A stretch of 62,839 bases of DNA from a virus (lineage: Duplodnaviria; Caudoviricetes). Position numbers and translations under genes: made by a program. This document shows, one piece after another, positions 26,328-38,900 of the stretch. The stretch is taken from IMG/VR virus record IMGVR_UViG_3300011335_000322, positions 1 to 62,839 of that record; one strand, 5' to 3'. The notes under the pieces are model-generated. The model searched no databases and had not been told where the DNA came from. It worked only from the letters and a program-made list of their open reading frames with translations. Position 1 is the stretch's first letter. Each line of letters starts with the position of its first letter.

Positions 26328-26428
26328 TGGGGTACAAGCAGCGGTCGCACTACGTGGGTCGGGGTGAGTAGACTCCTCGTTAATTGATACACACATACCC
26401 ACGACTGCGTTTCCTGACTTGTACCCCA
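26328..26428. ncRNA. Structured 101-nt intergenic element
   Basis: Perfect 11-bp terminal IR TGGGGTACAAG/CTTGTACCCCA with nested stems CGCA/TGCG, CGTGGGT/ACCCACG and GGGGT/ACTCC. Confidence 0.5.
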
Positions 26429-26440
26429 CACTTAATACCT

Positions 26441-26719
26441 ATGGCCTACTCACAAAAAATTATTGGACTCGTTGCGTCTAACCCTAAAACACTGGGCAAC
26501 CAGTTAGGGCGATGGGCAGTCCATCTCAATTTTCCCGTAACCAAGATATCCCGTGCACTGGGTGTTACCCGTCAAACAGTTTATAACTGGTTCACAGGTA
26601 CTGAAGTGTTCGTTGGCTATCGTGGGCGCGTGGAACTGCTTTTAAAAATTATGCAAGCCTCATCCACAGCAGATGAAGCATGGAGAAGAATATGCAAGGA
26701 ATACAACCTCAAACCCTGA
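26441..26719 (+). CDS. Cro/XRE-like helix-turn-helix regulator
   Basis: VTKISRALGVTRQTVYNWFTG; start at ATG 26441. Confidence 0.8.
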   Translation: MAYSQKIIGLVASNPKTLGNQLGRWAVHLNFPVTKISRALGVTRQTVYNWFTGTEVFVGYRGRVELLLKIMQASSTADEAWRRICKEYNLKP

Positions 26720-26862
26720 CCGATGCAGAACTGGCGAAGTACGCCCACCTGCAAGGAGCGAAGGGATTAAGCCCAGAATGGGTAACAGAACTCATCACAC
26801 GGTTTGAATCGTTGCTGATGGACTATGAGGAGTTAGAAGCCAAGCTAGAAGCCAAACTGTAA
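26692..26862 (+). CDS. Small hypothetical protein
   Basis: GGAG SD then MQGIQPQTLTDAEL... Confidence 0.65.
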   Translation: MQGIQPQTLTDAELAKYAHLQGAKGLSPEWVTELITRFESLLMDYEELEAKLEAKL

Positions 26863-26874
26863 ACAAGGACAGAC

Positions 26875-29808
26875 ATGACCCCGCTTGAATTCCTAGCGGT
26901 TGTTTTACCGTCCCCACAATACGGTTTGTATTGCGCGGCAGAACTCAGCACAAATAAAAGAGAGCATACCTTTGTTCAAAACTTGGAGGACATGTACCCC
27001 ACCGTAACCAACTGGGTGGGGGACAACAAAAACGTCTACTTTGCGTTAGCATCTTACGACCCTGCGGTTGCAAAAATCAAAGGGAACAAGGACAGACGCA
27101 CTGCCGATAACGCACGCTGGATAAAAGCGTTCTTTATCGACATGGATAACTACACATCCAAGAAGGCGGCGGCTACGGCACTTGATGGGTTCCTGACCAA
27201 GACAGGTCTGGGAGCACTGGGTGTGCCGTGGATTATTGACTCTGGCGGTGGGCTGCATTGTTACTGGCCCTTGAAGGATGCCGTTGACATAACAACGTGG
27301 AAGCCGGTTGCGGAGAACCTAAAGCGCCTCTGCAAGCAGGAGCAACTCACCATCGACATGACGGTGACCGCCGATGCCGCACGGGTGCTACGCATTCCTG
27401 ACACCACCAACTTCAAACCGAAGTACACAACACCGCGCCCCGTGCGCTTGGTGGCGGAAGGGGATGTGTTTACCCTTGCTCAGTTTGCCAGCGTCATCCG
27501 GGGGCAGCTATTGGGATCGGTTTATGAGACCAAACCCACTAGCACGCTGGGGCTGTCGGGGGTGCGCCCTACGGCATCAGTGACGCCAACCAGTATCAAA
27601 TTGTTTGAGAACAGCGCAACACGATTCAAAACAATCTGGCTGGCTACACAGAACGGCAGGGGCTGCGGACAGTTGGCACACTACGCACTGCATGCTTCAG
27701 AGGACGGCATGGAACCGTTGTGGCGGGGCATGTTGTCGCTCACCCAGAAGTGCGTGGACGGGGACAAAGCCTCGACATGGTTGAGCAACATGCACCCCTA
27801 CGACCATGACCGCATGCACGAGAAACTGCGGCAGATCAAAGGCCCGTACCCATGCGTCAAGTTCGACTCTGAGAACCCCGGTGTCTGTCCCCAGTGTGAG
27901 CATTGGGGGCGGCTTACCAATCCACTGGCACTGGGGCGTGAGGTGATGACGGACAACACCGAGCGTGAGATTGAGATTAAAACGGTAGCCGCCAGCACCG
28001 TTGTGGAAGATGCGCCGATTAAAGTAACCCGCCCCAAACCACCTCGCGGCTACAGCTACGGCGCTCGTGGTGGTGTTTTTTGTGAACGTATTGTGGAGGA
28101 CGCCGATGGCGTTAAGTCAAAGAAGCAAATCATGATCTTGCCGTACGACATGTTCGTGGTAGACATACTCAACCACAACGCTGAACACACGGTGCACTTA
28201 ATGGCGCTTCGTCCCGAAGCCGCTACCGATGTAACCATGCCTATGAAGGCCATTGTAAGTAAGGATGAAACTGTGAAAGCACTAGCTCAACAAAACATAA
28301 TCTCCTCGTTTGGAGCAAACAACGACAAGAACCTTGCGGATTACGTTCGCGCCTGCGTAGAACAATCCAGCACCACCAAGGTGGCGGTCAAAGTACCCGA
28401 CAGCTACGGATGGCAACCAGACAACTCGTATGTGTTTGCTGGCCGTATTTTTACCAAGGACGCAGCGCCTGTCTGTGTGCCCATGCCGGGGCTGGAGAAT
28501 CTGACGGTCAACACTGAACCCAAAGGCACGCTGGACAACTGGCGCAAGTTCATACAGATGCTCATCAACCGCAGGATGTACTCGCACCTCGCCATCATGC
28601 TGGCAGGAGCCAGCGCCCCCTTCATGCGCTTCACAGGTATCTACGGGCTGACGTACCACTGCGCCTCCACAGACTCAGGCACGGGCAAGTCACTGGCGCT
28701 AGAAGCGGCAGCATCCATCTGGGGCCACCCCACCCACTACCGCACAGGCAAGGGTACTTCTCCAGTTGCCATGCAGCAGCGTCTAGGTCTGCTCAACAGT
28801 CTGCCGCTCATCACGGATGAGATCACCAGCAAGAACCGGGCAGACTTCGAATGGTTCCCGGCGTTTCTGTTGGATATGACTGAGGGGCGCGGCAAGGAGC
28901 GGATGGAGTCCGGGGCGAACAAGGAGCGCTTGAACCTGTCCACATGGATGACAACCTGCTTGATGTCGTCCAACACCAACGCCGTGGACTACCTGACGGG
29001 GGGACGCAAGCATGCCTCTGAGGGCGAACTACGGCGGCTGTTGGAGTTCGTGCAGAACGAGAAACTGAAATGGGAACCGCATGAGATTGAGGTCATCAAA
29101 TCTCTGCAAGAGAACTACGGCGTGGCTGGCTACGTACTGTCTGACTACTTGGCTAAAAACTTTGATGCCTTCCCGGAACTGGTGTCTGGCAGCGTCAGAC
29201 GCATGTATGTGGAATTCAAAGCCACCAATGATGAGCGTTTCTGGATGGCGGGTGTCGGTGCGCTGGTAACCGCTGGCCTTGTCATGGGCAGCAAGCACGC
29301 GAACATCATCGACTTGCCTATGGCTCACATCATCGCCCACCTCAAGACCGTTGTAGAGGGCATGAGGGCAAACATGAAGCACAGCGCAAAGACCGCAGAG
29401 GATGTGCTGAACTCCTACACCCGCGAGTCATACGGCAACTTCATTGTGATCCACGAGGTGGTCGGGGGTTACATGGCAACGCTTGGATTGGAGGACGACC
29501 AGAAGATCAACTGGCGCGAACTCACCCGATCTAACGTGGCAGGCCGCATCGAACACGGCGTTACTGAGGGGTACATCGACTACTTCATTGAAGAGCAACT
29601 GCTCAAGGCGTACTGCTCATCCATGAGCTTCGGGTACGCCGAATTCAAACGACAGTTGTCGGGCATGTGCCGGGTGGAGTTTATAAAGAAGGACATGATG
29701 GCACGCACCAAGGGGCCGCAGATGCGGGTTAACGTGATGAAGATAAGCCGCCGAATAGGGGAGGTCGATGATGCCATTGGTGATTCGCTATCCGTGGCGA
29801 CTGATTGA
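26875..29808 (+). CDS. Primase (AEP/RepB-like) fused to DUF927 helicase-like domain
   Basis: FFIDMD, SGGGLHCYW, RVLRIP; Cys cluster; P-loop SGTGKS and DE in the C-terminal half. Confidence 0.85.
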   Translation: MTPLEFLAVVLPSPQYGLYCAAELSTNKREHTFVQNLEDMYPTVTNWVGDNKNVYFALASYDPAVAKIKGNKDRRTADNARWIKAFFIDMDNYTSKKAAATALDGFLTKTGLGALGVPWIIDSGGGLHCYWPLKDAVDITTWKPVAENLKRLCKQEQLTIDMTVTADAARVLRIPDTTNFKPKYTTPRPVRLVAEGDVFTLAQFASVIRGQLLGSVYETKPTSTLGLSGVRPTASVTPTSIKLFENSATRFKTIWLATQNGRGCGQLAHYALHASEDGMEPLWRGMLSLTQKCVDGDKASTWLSNMHPYDHDRMHEKLRQIKGPYPCVKFDSENPGVCPQCEHWGRLTNPLALGREVMTDNTEREIEIKTVAASTVVEDAPIKVTRPKPPRGYSYGARGGVFCERIVEDADGVKSKKQIMILPYDMFVVDILNHNAEHTVHLMALRPEAATDVTMPMKAIVSKDETVKALAQQNIISSFGANNDKNLADYVRACVEQSSTTKVAVKVPDSYGWQPDNSYVFAGRIFTKDAAPVCVPMPGLENLTVNTEPKGTLDNWRKFIQMLINRRMYSHLAIMLAGASAPFMRFTGIYGLTYHCASTDSGTGKSLALEAAASIWGHPTHYRTGKGTSPVAMQQRLGLLNSLPLITDEITSKNRADFEWFPAFLLDMTEGRGKERMESGANKERLNLSTWMTTCLMSSNTNAVDYLTGGRKHASEGELRRLLEFVQNEKLKWEPHEIEVIKSLQENYGVAGYVLSDYLAKNFDAFPELVSGSVRRMYVEFKATNDERFWMAGVGALVTAGLVMGSKHANIIDLPMAHIIAHLKTVVEGMRANMKHSAKTAEDVLNSYTRESYGNFIVIHEVVGGYMATLGLEDDQKINWRELTRSNVAGRIEHGVTEGYIDYFIEEQLLKAYCSSMSFGYAEFKRQLSGMCRVEFIKKDMMARTKGPQMRVNVMKISRRIGEVDDAIGDSLSVATD

Positions 29809-29998
29809 ACGGGGGCAGGGGTTTTTTATCCCCTGCCTTGATATTGAGGCGGTAAGGGAGGAGGGGCTAAAGAAAGCGCTCTCCCTCCGCATGCTGGATG
29901 CCCGTGGTGTTACGGGCATCCGCAAGGGGTTTACGGGCGTGTGGTTCTATCGGTTAGCCGTTCGAAACTCACCGCAATCCGGTTCTGTTCCGTCTTGA
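29768..29998 (+). CDS. Small hypothetical protein, last of the plus-strand arm
   Basis: YPW...GQGFFIPCLD; converges on the giant ORF. Confidence 0.65.
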   Translation: MMPLVIRYPWRLIERGQGFFIPCLDIEAVREEGLKKALSLRMLDARGVTGIRKGFTGVWFYRLAVRNSPQSGSVPS

Positions 29999-32900
29999 TT
30001 TTATCCAGCATGTTGTCCTTCTGCGCCGTGGTCATTGTGGGGTGCGCCCGTATCTTGCGCTCCATTGAGTACAGATCGCCCAAGCGTTTGAACGTCTGCC
30101 CAGACACAGCGGCAGCGGCCAGTTCGTTAGCGTAGCGCTGTGCAAATGCCGCAGCTTCCGCACGCTGCCCACGTTCCACCATGTGCACATAGGTCTGTCG
30201 CGCTTGCTGGATGCGTTCCATGTGGTCATAGGCCGCATCAATAAACCCACGCCCTTCAGCCGACTGAAACAAGCCCCCGATCAAGGGCTGTTTGTTCAAC
30301 GGCACAGAGGCTTTCTCTCCTGTGCCACTAGCCCCTAACAGCGGGTCAAAAACTTGCAGCAGCGCCACACCCAAGCCACCCGTGTACCCACGCACAAGGT
30401 GCGTCAGCATGATGGGCGACACGCCTGCCATCCCGGTTAGCGACCCGGCTATGCGTAGCGCTTCGGGTGTCGTGTCTTTGAACCGATACTCGGCCTGTAT
30501 CTTTTTCTCTCGTTCAGACTCAATTGGGCCAACGGTAGTGCTTCCGTAAAACGCCTCTAGCACAGGCTTGGCGGCTGCTGGGACTACGCCCGGAACCGAT
30601 TGCGCCAGCACACCACCCATACCTTTAAGCGCCTCCCGGGCTTTGGTATCCCGGAAAACAAGGTCAATTATCATCTGCGGCAGTGCAACAAACAGCACAC
30701 CAACCTCATAGGGGATGGGTATCTTGAGCGGTTCTTTAAGCCCCGGCAAGGGCATGAACAAGTTGCTGTAGCGCTCCTGCGGAGTTGCTTTCTTGTACGC
30801 CTCATCGTCCTGCATCATGGCTGCATACGCCATAACACCAACAGTCAACATCGCCCCCCGTGCGTACAGCTTGCGTTTCAATTCCAGTTGTTCAGAGAAC
30901 GGCAGCTTGCCCTTCAGCGCACGGTACAACAAATCCAAGCCCTGCACTTGGGAATTAAAAAACGGAATCAGCGTACTCAAATAGTGCATGCTGGGCGACA
31001 GGCCGTGCCGACCAAAGTTCTGAGACTCGGCAGCGTTAAGCTGTGCCCGGAACTCAGACAAACCTTTTTTCAACCCGTCTTGATAAACCGTGGCGCGGGT
31101 AGCAGCGTCTGTCTGCAAGGCAAACGTATCCAGCGCTCCCATTGTTTTTTTCCACCAGTTCTTGCCGGTGGCAATGCTCTCAATGAACTGCTGCATGTCC
31201 CGCTCACTGCCGCTAAACACGTTGCTGCTAACCACCAACCCACCACTGAGCGCATCCTCGGCAGTGCTCGTACCCATCCGCATTTTGCCAAGTTCTTTCA
31301 AGGCATTGAGTATGGGAACACCGTCTACGCCCGACAGTATGGCGGCGTTTATAGGGTCGCGGACAAGCTGCCGAAACGGATACACAGGAGCGCGGGTGAC
31401 AAACTTACGCACCAAATCTGCCGGGTAGCCCATTGCACGCACAAGGATGGGGATGGTGGTTTTGATCCCCGACATCCCCGCAACAATTAGTTCCGCAGGT
31501 ATCCCAAAGGTATCTGAGTCAATCGTTGCAAAATGCGGCTCACCCTTCAGGCGGTAGTGCACCGTGTCTTTAGAAGCAAGCCCTTGCCCCTTACCCATCT
31601 TGGAAACAAACCCCGCCTTGAACAGCGCGTTGCTTGACTCTAGCGACTCTTTGTTGTGCATCGACAAGCGTGTGAGCATGTAGGTGTTCTGCACCGCGCT
31701 TGTGAAAATAGGCAAGATCGTTTGTTCAGACCCCAGCATGCGGACGAGTTCCTTGTCGTTTGAGATGTCCCCTATGCGGATGGCAGTTTCAGAATCCGAG
31801 TACAGCTTGACAACCCCGTCCTCAATCCGATAGAACGGCACAAACGGCGTCTTCTTCAGTCGGGCAACTTCTTCTGCACTGAGTAGGTCGTGCTGTTCCG
31901 CAAAATCTAACAGGCCGCCGTTGAACTGTTTGTACTCCAGCAGGGCGGCATCCATGTACTTCTTGGCCGTGGGGTTTGTTTGTAGAGATGCAACGGCGTT
32001 TTCGTATTCAACTTTGGCCTCCGCAGCTTTCTTTCCCGCCAGCCGCTCCCATCCATTGGGCACAGCGTCAGCACGTTGCCCAGCAGCAATTCTGGTAAGC
32101 ATCATCTCGCCATCTTTAACCCCGGACTTTTCCACAAGCTCCGCCACACGCACCATAGTAGCGCCTGCTTTGCGTCCGTAACCGTACTCCCCCGATTTTG
32201 GATCGCGCACTATGCTGATAGGCCCGTACGACAGGAACTGACCCACGGCCTGCGAAACCTTGTCGGCCATCCGCATGAAGTAGTTGGCTTGGAACAGTTC
32301 GTTGTTGGTCAGCTTACCTGCTTTTTCAGCAGCAGCAAAGGCTGCTTCCCTCGCCGCCTTAGCGTCTATGTACTGCACCCGTCCAGCCAAGCCTAAGAAG
32401 TTACCCCGGAAAGTTGTCAGCGCATCAGGGCTGCTACCAATAAATACCGACTGTGTTTTTGCAAAACTTGGCGTTGCGGCGTTGCCTACCTGCTGGCTAG
32501 ACGGCGTAAAGATGTTGTCGATGGCAAGAATAGACGCATCCAGCATGTTGTCCACAGTCTTGGGGTCAATGCCAATGGCACGCAAGATAACGCTCTTGAA
32601 CGCACGCAACATGTCCGACAGACGCCACGACCGCTCCTTCAACTGTTCTTGCAACCGTTGGTTTGACAGGACTTCAGCCACAAACTCTTTCAACGTCTTT
32701 TTGGCATTGACGCTGGTGACACCGGGGTCTTTCTTAATCATTGCGTGGATAGCCATAAGCTCTCTTATGGCGGCACGTTGGGTGTCCGTAAGCTGGCTTG
32801 GATCTTCGTCATACATGTCGAGCACACGGTCAGCGCCAGCGTGTGTGCCTTCGTGCAGCAGCGCCTCCTGATTTAACCCACCGTTGCGACTCAGGTACAC

Positions 32901-35900
32901 CGCTTTCTTGTAGAACATGCCGATGGCTTCTTCGCCTTTGCTGTCCACAATCGTGTCCTGCACAGTAGAACTTGTGTCGTCCAACAACAACGACAGCCGC
33001 CGTGCAACAGCTTTGTTAAGGGCATCCGACCCCTTGTCGTTGGCAATATCTGTCAACGCCCCTTCAAGCTCATTGTTGGCAACCAAATCAATTTGGGTTG
33101 GCGATAGGTCACGGCTGTACCCTTCGACCCCACGGGCATACGAACGTGTGTAACCAAAGGTACTCCGTTCTGTCTCACTACTATCCAAAGTTGCTTTAGC
33201 TTTAATCCTACTCGGAGCCAACTCTTCTTGTTCAGGCGAGTATGCCCCCTGTGAAGATTCTTCTTTTCCAGTAGCAATTAGTCGAGACGTTGCGCTGCGA
33301 CGAGTGCTTGGAATTGGTAGTTCCGCTGCTGCTAATTTGCCTCTAACAGTGTCTAAAATACGTTCACGCCTATCAGATTCGGCTTCTGCATCTTCCAATT
33401 CTGTTTGAGCAATCTCTCTAGCTGCGTTTGATTTTGCAGCCCTTTCGCGTTTGTCCGCTTCTGTAACCGCAGCAACAGCCTCTCTAAAACGCTCTGTTGC
33501 AGCAATAAGCTCTAAAGAATTACCGTAACCTAACAGGCGTTTGCCGGTTTCCATGCGGGTTTCAATTTCGGCTTCACTCAGCCCGTCCGTAAGCTGGTCG
33601 TATTGAGCTTGCAGTTCTGTACGGCGGGGTGTGTTTTTTGTGGCAGCGTCCAACTGCGCTTTGGTGAACGCAAGACTGAGTGCATTAGCTGACTCTTGTG
33701 ATAAATCAGCTTCTTCCAACGCAACGCGACCCGATTGTTTTGGTTGGTTGCCTTTGGTAATAGATTTCCGCGACTCTTTAGTGCCCGAAAGCATTTCAGA
33801 AGGTGGAGGCGTTGCATCGCGTACAACTGGGCCTTTTGTAGGTCGCGGCAACCGAACACCTTCGGCAATTTCTTGGGTGTAGACGTCTTCGTCTGTAAGA
33901 AGAACACCCAAAGCGTCTGCGTTTGGGCCGACCTGTGTAGTTGTGTCTGTGCCCAAGTCATACACCTGAGTAAGTCGGGCCTCTAGTTTCTGTATTTCTT
34001 TTATTTTTGCCCTAACTGCTTTAGCATCAATGGATTTGTACGCCCTATCTAAAGTGTTTGTGATTTTAACAAGGTTGTCGTTTGCAGTTTTGAGCGCAGC
34101 CCCATCGCCTTTTTGTCGAGCGGCCTTGTCAACTTCTTGTTGCGCCAAACTAACTTGTGCACGCACCTTGTTTATTAAGTCTGTTTTTTCTAACTGTGCA
34201 AGTTCTGTTGTGGCTTTTCCCAACAGTTTTTTTGCATTAACCTGTGTGGCTTTGGCTACGCCAGAAGCTGTGCTGCGTACACGCCTGACGCCTTGAAGCC
34301 CCAATCCTTGCTGTGCGGCAGCTACAGTCTGTCCGGGCACACCAGCATAGGGTGCGTTACGCGCTGCGGTTGCCGCTGCTTTGGCTGTTTGTGCAGCTTG
34401 AGCGTCTGCTTTTTGTTTTGCAACTACGGCGGCTAATTTTTCTTTTGCCGTGTCGGCTTGGTCTAATGCATCTTTTTGTACCCTAAATGCTTCGTCTTTT
34501 TCTGCAATCAGTTTTTGCAGATCAGGAGAATTAGCCTGTTTTTGTACAAGCGCATCTATCTTTTGCTGTATTTCTTTTTTGGCGCTTTGTACTTTTTTAC
34601 TTAGCTCCAACTGAAACAAGAGCAGGTCTCTTCGTGCCGCCGCATACATACCCACCGCTTTACTGTGTGCGGCATCTACTTTAAGCGCTTCCGGTTTTAC
34701 AAAATTTAAAGCACTTGCAATACCAATCTCGTCCACAGCGTTAATAAAACTGGCTTTGTATTCTTGCAGTTTTTTATCCAACGGCGCTATTTGAGTTTCG
34801 GTATTGTTTACCGCCGTCTCTAACCGTTTTTTAGTTTCCAGTACTAGGTTTGTGTCTTGCCATTTAAAAGACGCAAACGCTTTTCGAATGGTCTGTGCAT
34901 TTTTATAGAGCGCGTCTGTGCCCCATTTTTTTACCAATGCTTGTAGCTTACGAATTTCTTCCGCAACAGCTTCAAAAGAATCTGGGTTAAGCGTGCCACG
35001 TTCTGCAAAGCCTAATTGTGCTTTGCTGGTTAACAACGCAGCCATCTCGTTATGTGCTGCAACAAGTTTGTCTGCGGTACTAGCCGTTTGCGCTTCTTTT
35101 GTCACCGTTGAAACCAACACTTGTGCACGACTAAGCGCTACAGAAGCCTGCGCCACCTTGTTAACGGGTGTGATAGCCGTTTTGGGAATGTCTGACATTC
35201 CCCAGCTTTCTTTGTGCTTTGGCCCCTTGCGCGGCGCACCCGTTACATCCCGGTAACCCCTACCGCCTTGCAGTTCTTCCGCAAGACGTTGCCCCGGAGC
35301 CGCATTTCTTAAAACATCGGCTTGTTGATAGTAGGACTGCTGTGCAGTTTTTAACGCATCCGCTTCTGCTTTTAACTTTTCGTTCCTAGACAGCTCTTTT
35401 TCTAACAAGCCCTCTAGCTGTTGTACCGGCCCCTGTTTGCCTGTTTTGCGAATAGCGCTGCCTATGTTAGCAGTGCGCGTAAACCAAGCTGCGTCTTCAC
35501 GCAGTTGGGCTTGCTCTTTACTGACAGAACTATCTAACTCAGATTCCGCAAGGTCTTTTCTTGCATTTTCAAGTTGCGTTTCTAACTTGGCTATGTTTGT
35601 TTGGTTTGCCGTCTTGCGTTCTTGCGTTTCTTCTGGGGCTAAACGCTTTAAACCATCCAAAGATTGTGTGGCGTTGTTAACAACAACATTAAGTTCGTTT
35701 AAACGTCTTTGTGCAGGTTCAAGGTTTGCAGCCGCCTGCAACCCCTCTGCGCCGCTAACCGCTGTTTTATAAAATTCACCGCCTGCCGTAGGCAAAGTGT
35801 TTTTCTTTACTACATCTTTTAAACGATTAACAAGCTCTTGCTGTTTGTCTCTTGCAGCTATTGCATCCGTCAACCCTGTTTCTGCTTGCGCTAATTGTTC

Positions 35901-38900
35901 CGGGGTTGCTTGTTTACGTGCTGTTTGGGTGTCTTTTTTAGCTTGCGCTAGCTCTGTTTCTTTTTGTTTTACGGCACTGGACAGCGTAATGTAGCGTTGT
36001 AGTTGTGCGGCAACCGAAGCGGCTTTGTCTTCAATTTTAACGGCCTGTTCCCGCAAATACTGCCCTGCATCCCCATCTGTTTTTGATAACGCCTTGCGTA
36101 ACCCTTCAATTCTAATTTGCGAATTTACAACGGCTGTAAGTGCGGCACTTACTTGCTGTGTTGTCACTTCTTGTAGAAGATCGTCCATACCAAACAAATC
36201 TGTTTGGCCTTCTTGCGGCGCTTCCTGAGTGCGTTCAGCTTCTCGGGCTTGTGCAAACTTGTTGTACTGTTCGCTAACTTTTCCAGTAACTGCTTTTAAT
36301 TCCTGTTCTGCTTTTTCAATATCAATAACTTTTTTATTTGTTTTAGCTGGAGCAAATTTAGCCAACAAGTCAGCTAACTGAGGTGTTTCAGAAATTTTTG
36401 CAAGCTGTGCATCCCGTTCTGCATATGCCACATCCAACTGCTTTTGAATACCTGCTGCAATCTTCCGTTGTTTTTCCAAAGGTTTAAGCAACTCATCTGC
36501 AACAGGGGCTGCGGGTTCAGCTTCTGGCGTAGCCTGTTCCCGACTAACTAACAAATTGTATTTATCTCTAGCCCGACTGATTTCTCTTTCCACAAACGTA
36601 CGTTGGTTTTTAAGAACCAACAACGCATCTACTTTGGCTGCATTTGTAGGAGCCCCGGCTTTTTGAATATCCTCATTCAGTTCAGTAAGCAAACGGGTGT
36701 TATCCCGAAATCGATCTAGTTCGTCTTGTGCGTCTAGTATGGGCAGCGTTTCTGTTTTCTTATTTGCAAACTGCCCTAAAAGTTCACGCGCTGTTGCGCG
36801 TTGTACGTCTGTTTCTGGAGCCGTTGTACGCAAAGCGCTGCCTGCACCTTGCTGACTTGTTTCTTTGGATGTTGCAGGAGGTACAGCCCTATTGATAAAT
36901 TCTGCTGCTTGGGCATTACCAGCAATATCCAACGGTGTGGCTTTAGGTTGCCCCGCCAGTTCCTGCCCTGCGGTTTTTGTGTCGTACCCCGTAAGAAATA
37001 ACCGGTCAACTAAATCAGCAACTCGTTCATTACTCAGGTCTAGATTGCCTTTGTACTCCGTGCCTCCAACACCAATTGCCGAACCGGCGTCTGTTTCTTC
37101 AACTTCTGCAAGTGCCCTTGGTGCGGGAGCTTTAAATGCTGCTTGAGCTTGCCGCAAATTACCGGGCAAGCCTTGCGGGTCTTCAGTGCTTGATGGTGCA
37201 GTTGTACCGCTAGAAACAAAAACTCCTTGCGCGTTTTTAACACCTCTATCGCCAATCTCAATGCGTTTATTTACTTCTACTAGCGCAGCTTGTTTTGCCG
37301 CCAACTCCATACCCACCCGCGCTACATCCGCAGGAGACCGCACCAGCGTATCTTGTTTATTTAGTTTCTCTAGTCGGCGTATTTCTGTTTCCAATCCGTC
37401 TTTGAGCCGAAACCGGTCTTCTTGGTAGGCGGTGTCTGTTGGATTTTTTTCTAACCGTTTCCAATCTTGGTCGTGCTGTACCGTGAGTGTGCCTTTTTTA
37501 TCTACAATCTTTACTTTATCTAAAGCGTTAAGCAATGTTCTTGCCGCTGCCGCATCCATTTGCGTTTTTATTTGTGCGGCTGCACTGGGCTGTGCGCCTT
37601 TTTTTGCAATGCTAGATATTGCGGCAAGCTCCGCTGCTACCTTTTCACGAGCGCGTTGTGCCGCTGCCTGCCCTTGTTGTATTTGGGTAGCAAGACTTGG
37701 TGGCGCAGACAAAGGAACAAGGTCTGTTTCACCAAACAATGCTGGCTGCGCTTGAAGCGGTTTGATTTGCTCAATGAGCTTTGCCCCCTTTTCAACATCC
37801 CCAAGCTGCTGCGCTTTTTGCAGTGCTGTATTCAGTGCTTGCAGTTTTGCAGTTTGCACTTCTGGTGCCATTGCAGGCTCTATGTTTTCTCTTTGTTGCA
37901 GGGGCAACTGAGCATTCCGAGCTTCGATTTGAGGGCGTGCTGCAACAAGCTGGTCTTGTGCTTGTTTGAATTTGTTGTACTGCGCTATGTGCTGTTCCGC
38001 TGCATTGGCATCGGGTGCTTCTGAAAAACGAGTTTGCGCCTCCTCTATCTGTCTTTGCAAATATGCATTAATTTCTGCATATCTGGCAAGCGGTGTTGCC
38101 GTATCATCCAAATCAAATGGTAAGGGTGCAAGCTGCGCTGCTTGTTTGGCATTCTGTTTGGCGGCTTGCTTGGCTGTGGGTGCGGCAGCAAAAAGGTCAG
38201 CCTGTCCGCCTATCTGAGGCGGTAAAATTACTGGGGCTGGTGTTTGTGCCGCAAGCGCCGCACGCGCAGCTTGATCTTCCTTGAGGTAGGGTGCGTACTC
38301 TTGAGCTAGCGGCCCCATTACTTCTTTGTTGAACGTGTCAAACTCTGTTTTTGCCAGCTTGTACGCTTCTTTTTCCGCAGGTTCTGCTGTATTACCGGGG
38401 TTTTTTGCCGCTCCTTTCAATGCGTTCCACTGCTGTAGCGCAGTTTCATACCGCGTTTTTAAATCTGCTTGGTACTCAGGAGTCTGTTTATCAAGTTCCA
38501 GTTGGGCAGCAGCAGCGTCCTGCTGGGCTTTCTGGGCTAGGTTGGCTTCTGCATCTGTTTTTATTTTTTGTTGAGCAGTTACATCTCGTGCATTGCTGCG
38601 TTCTTTTAAGGCAAAGCCGCCTCCAAGCGGAGAGGCCAACGCCATGTTTAGCGCTGTGTTGCGGTACTGTGTGATGGCTTCGTCGTCTGCAAGGGGTTTG
38701 CCAATAGCCGCACGGTCTATGACATCTTGAAAAATCTCAGTGGGCAACTCACCAATGGCAAACCGCCCCGTACCGTAGCCAATAGCAGCCATAGTGCCGC
38801 GACCAGCAGTCTTAGTGGCTTCGGCCATCAGTGCTGCACGAGCCGCATCGCCCGATTCCTCTGCCACTCTCTGACCAATGGCTTTCTTAAAGATACCCGG

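Noticed and set aside
26328-26428. tRNA or hammerhead ribozyme
   Set aside because: No TTCRA T-loop or cloverleaf and no CUGANGA/GAAA core on either strand; kept only as an unassigned structured element.
21588-31490. Long opposite-strand ORFs such as 21588-22292, 25561-26337 and 30600-31490
   Set aside because: They are antisense shadows of well-supported genes, with no RBS or recognisable motifs.
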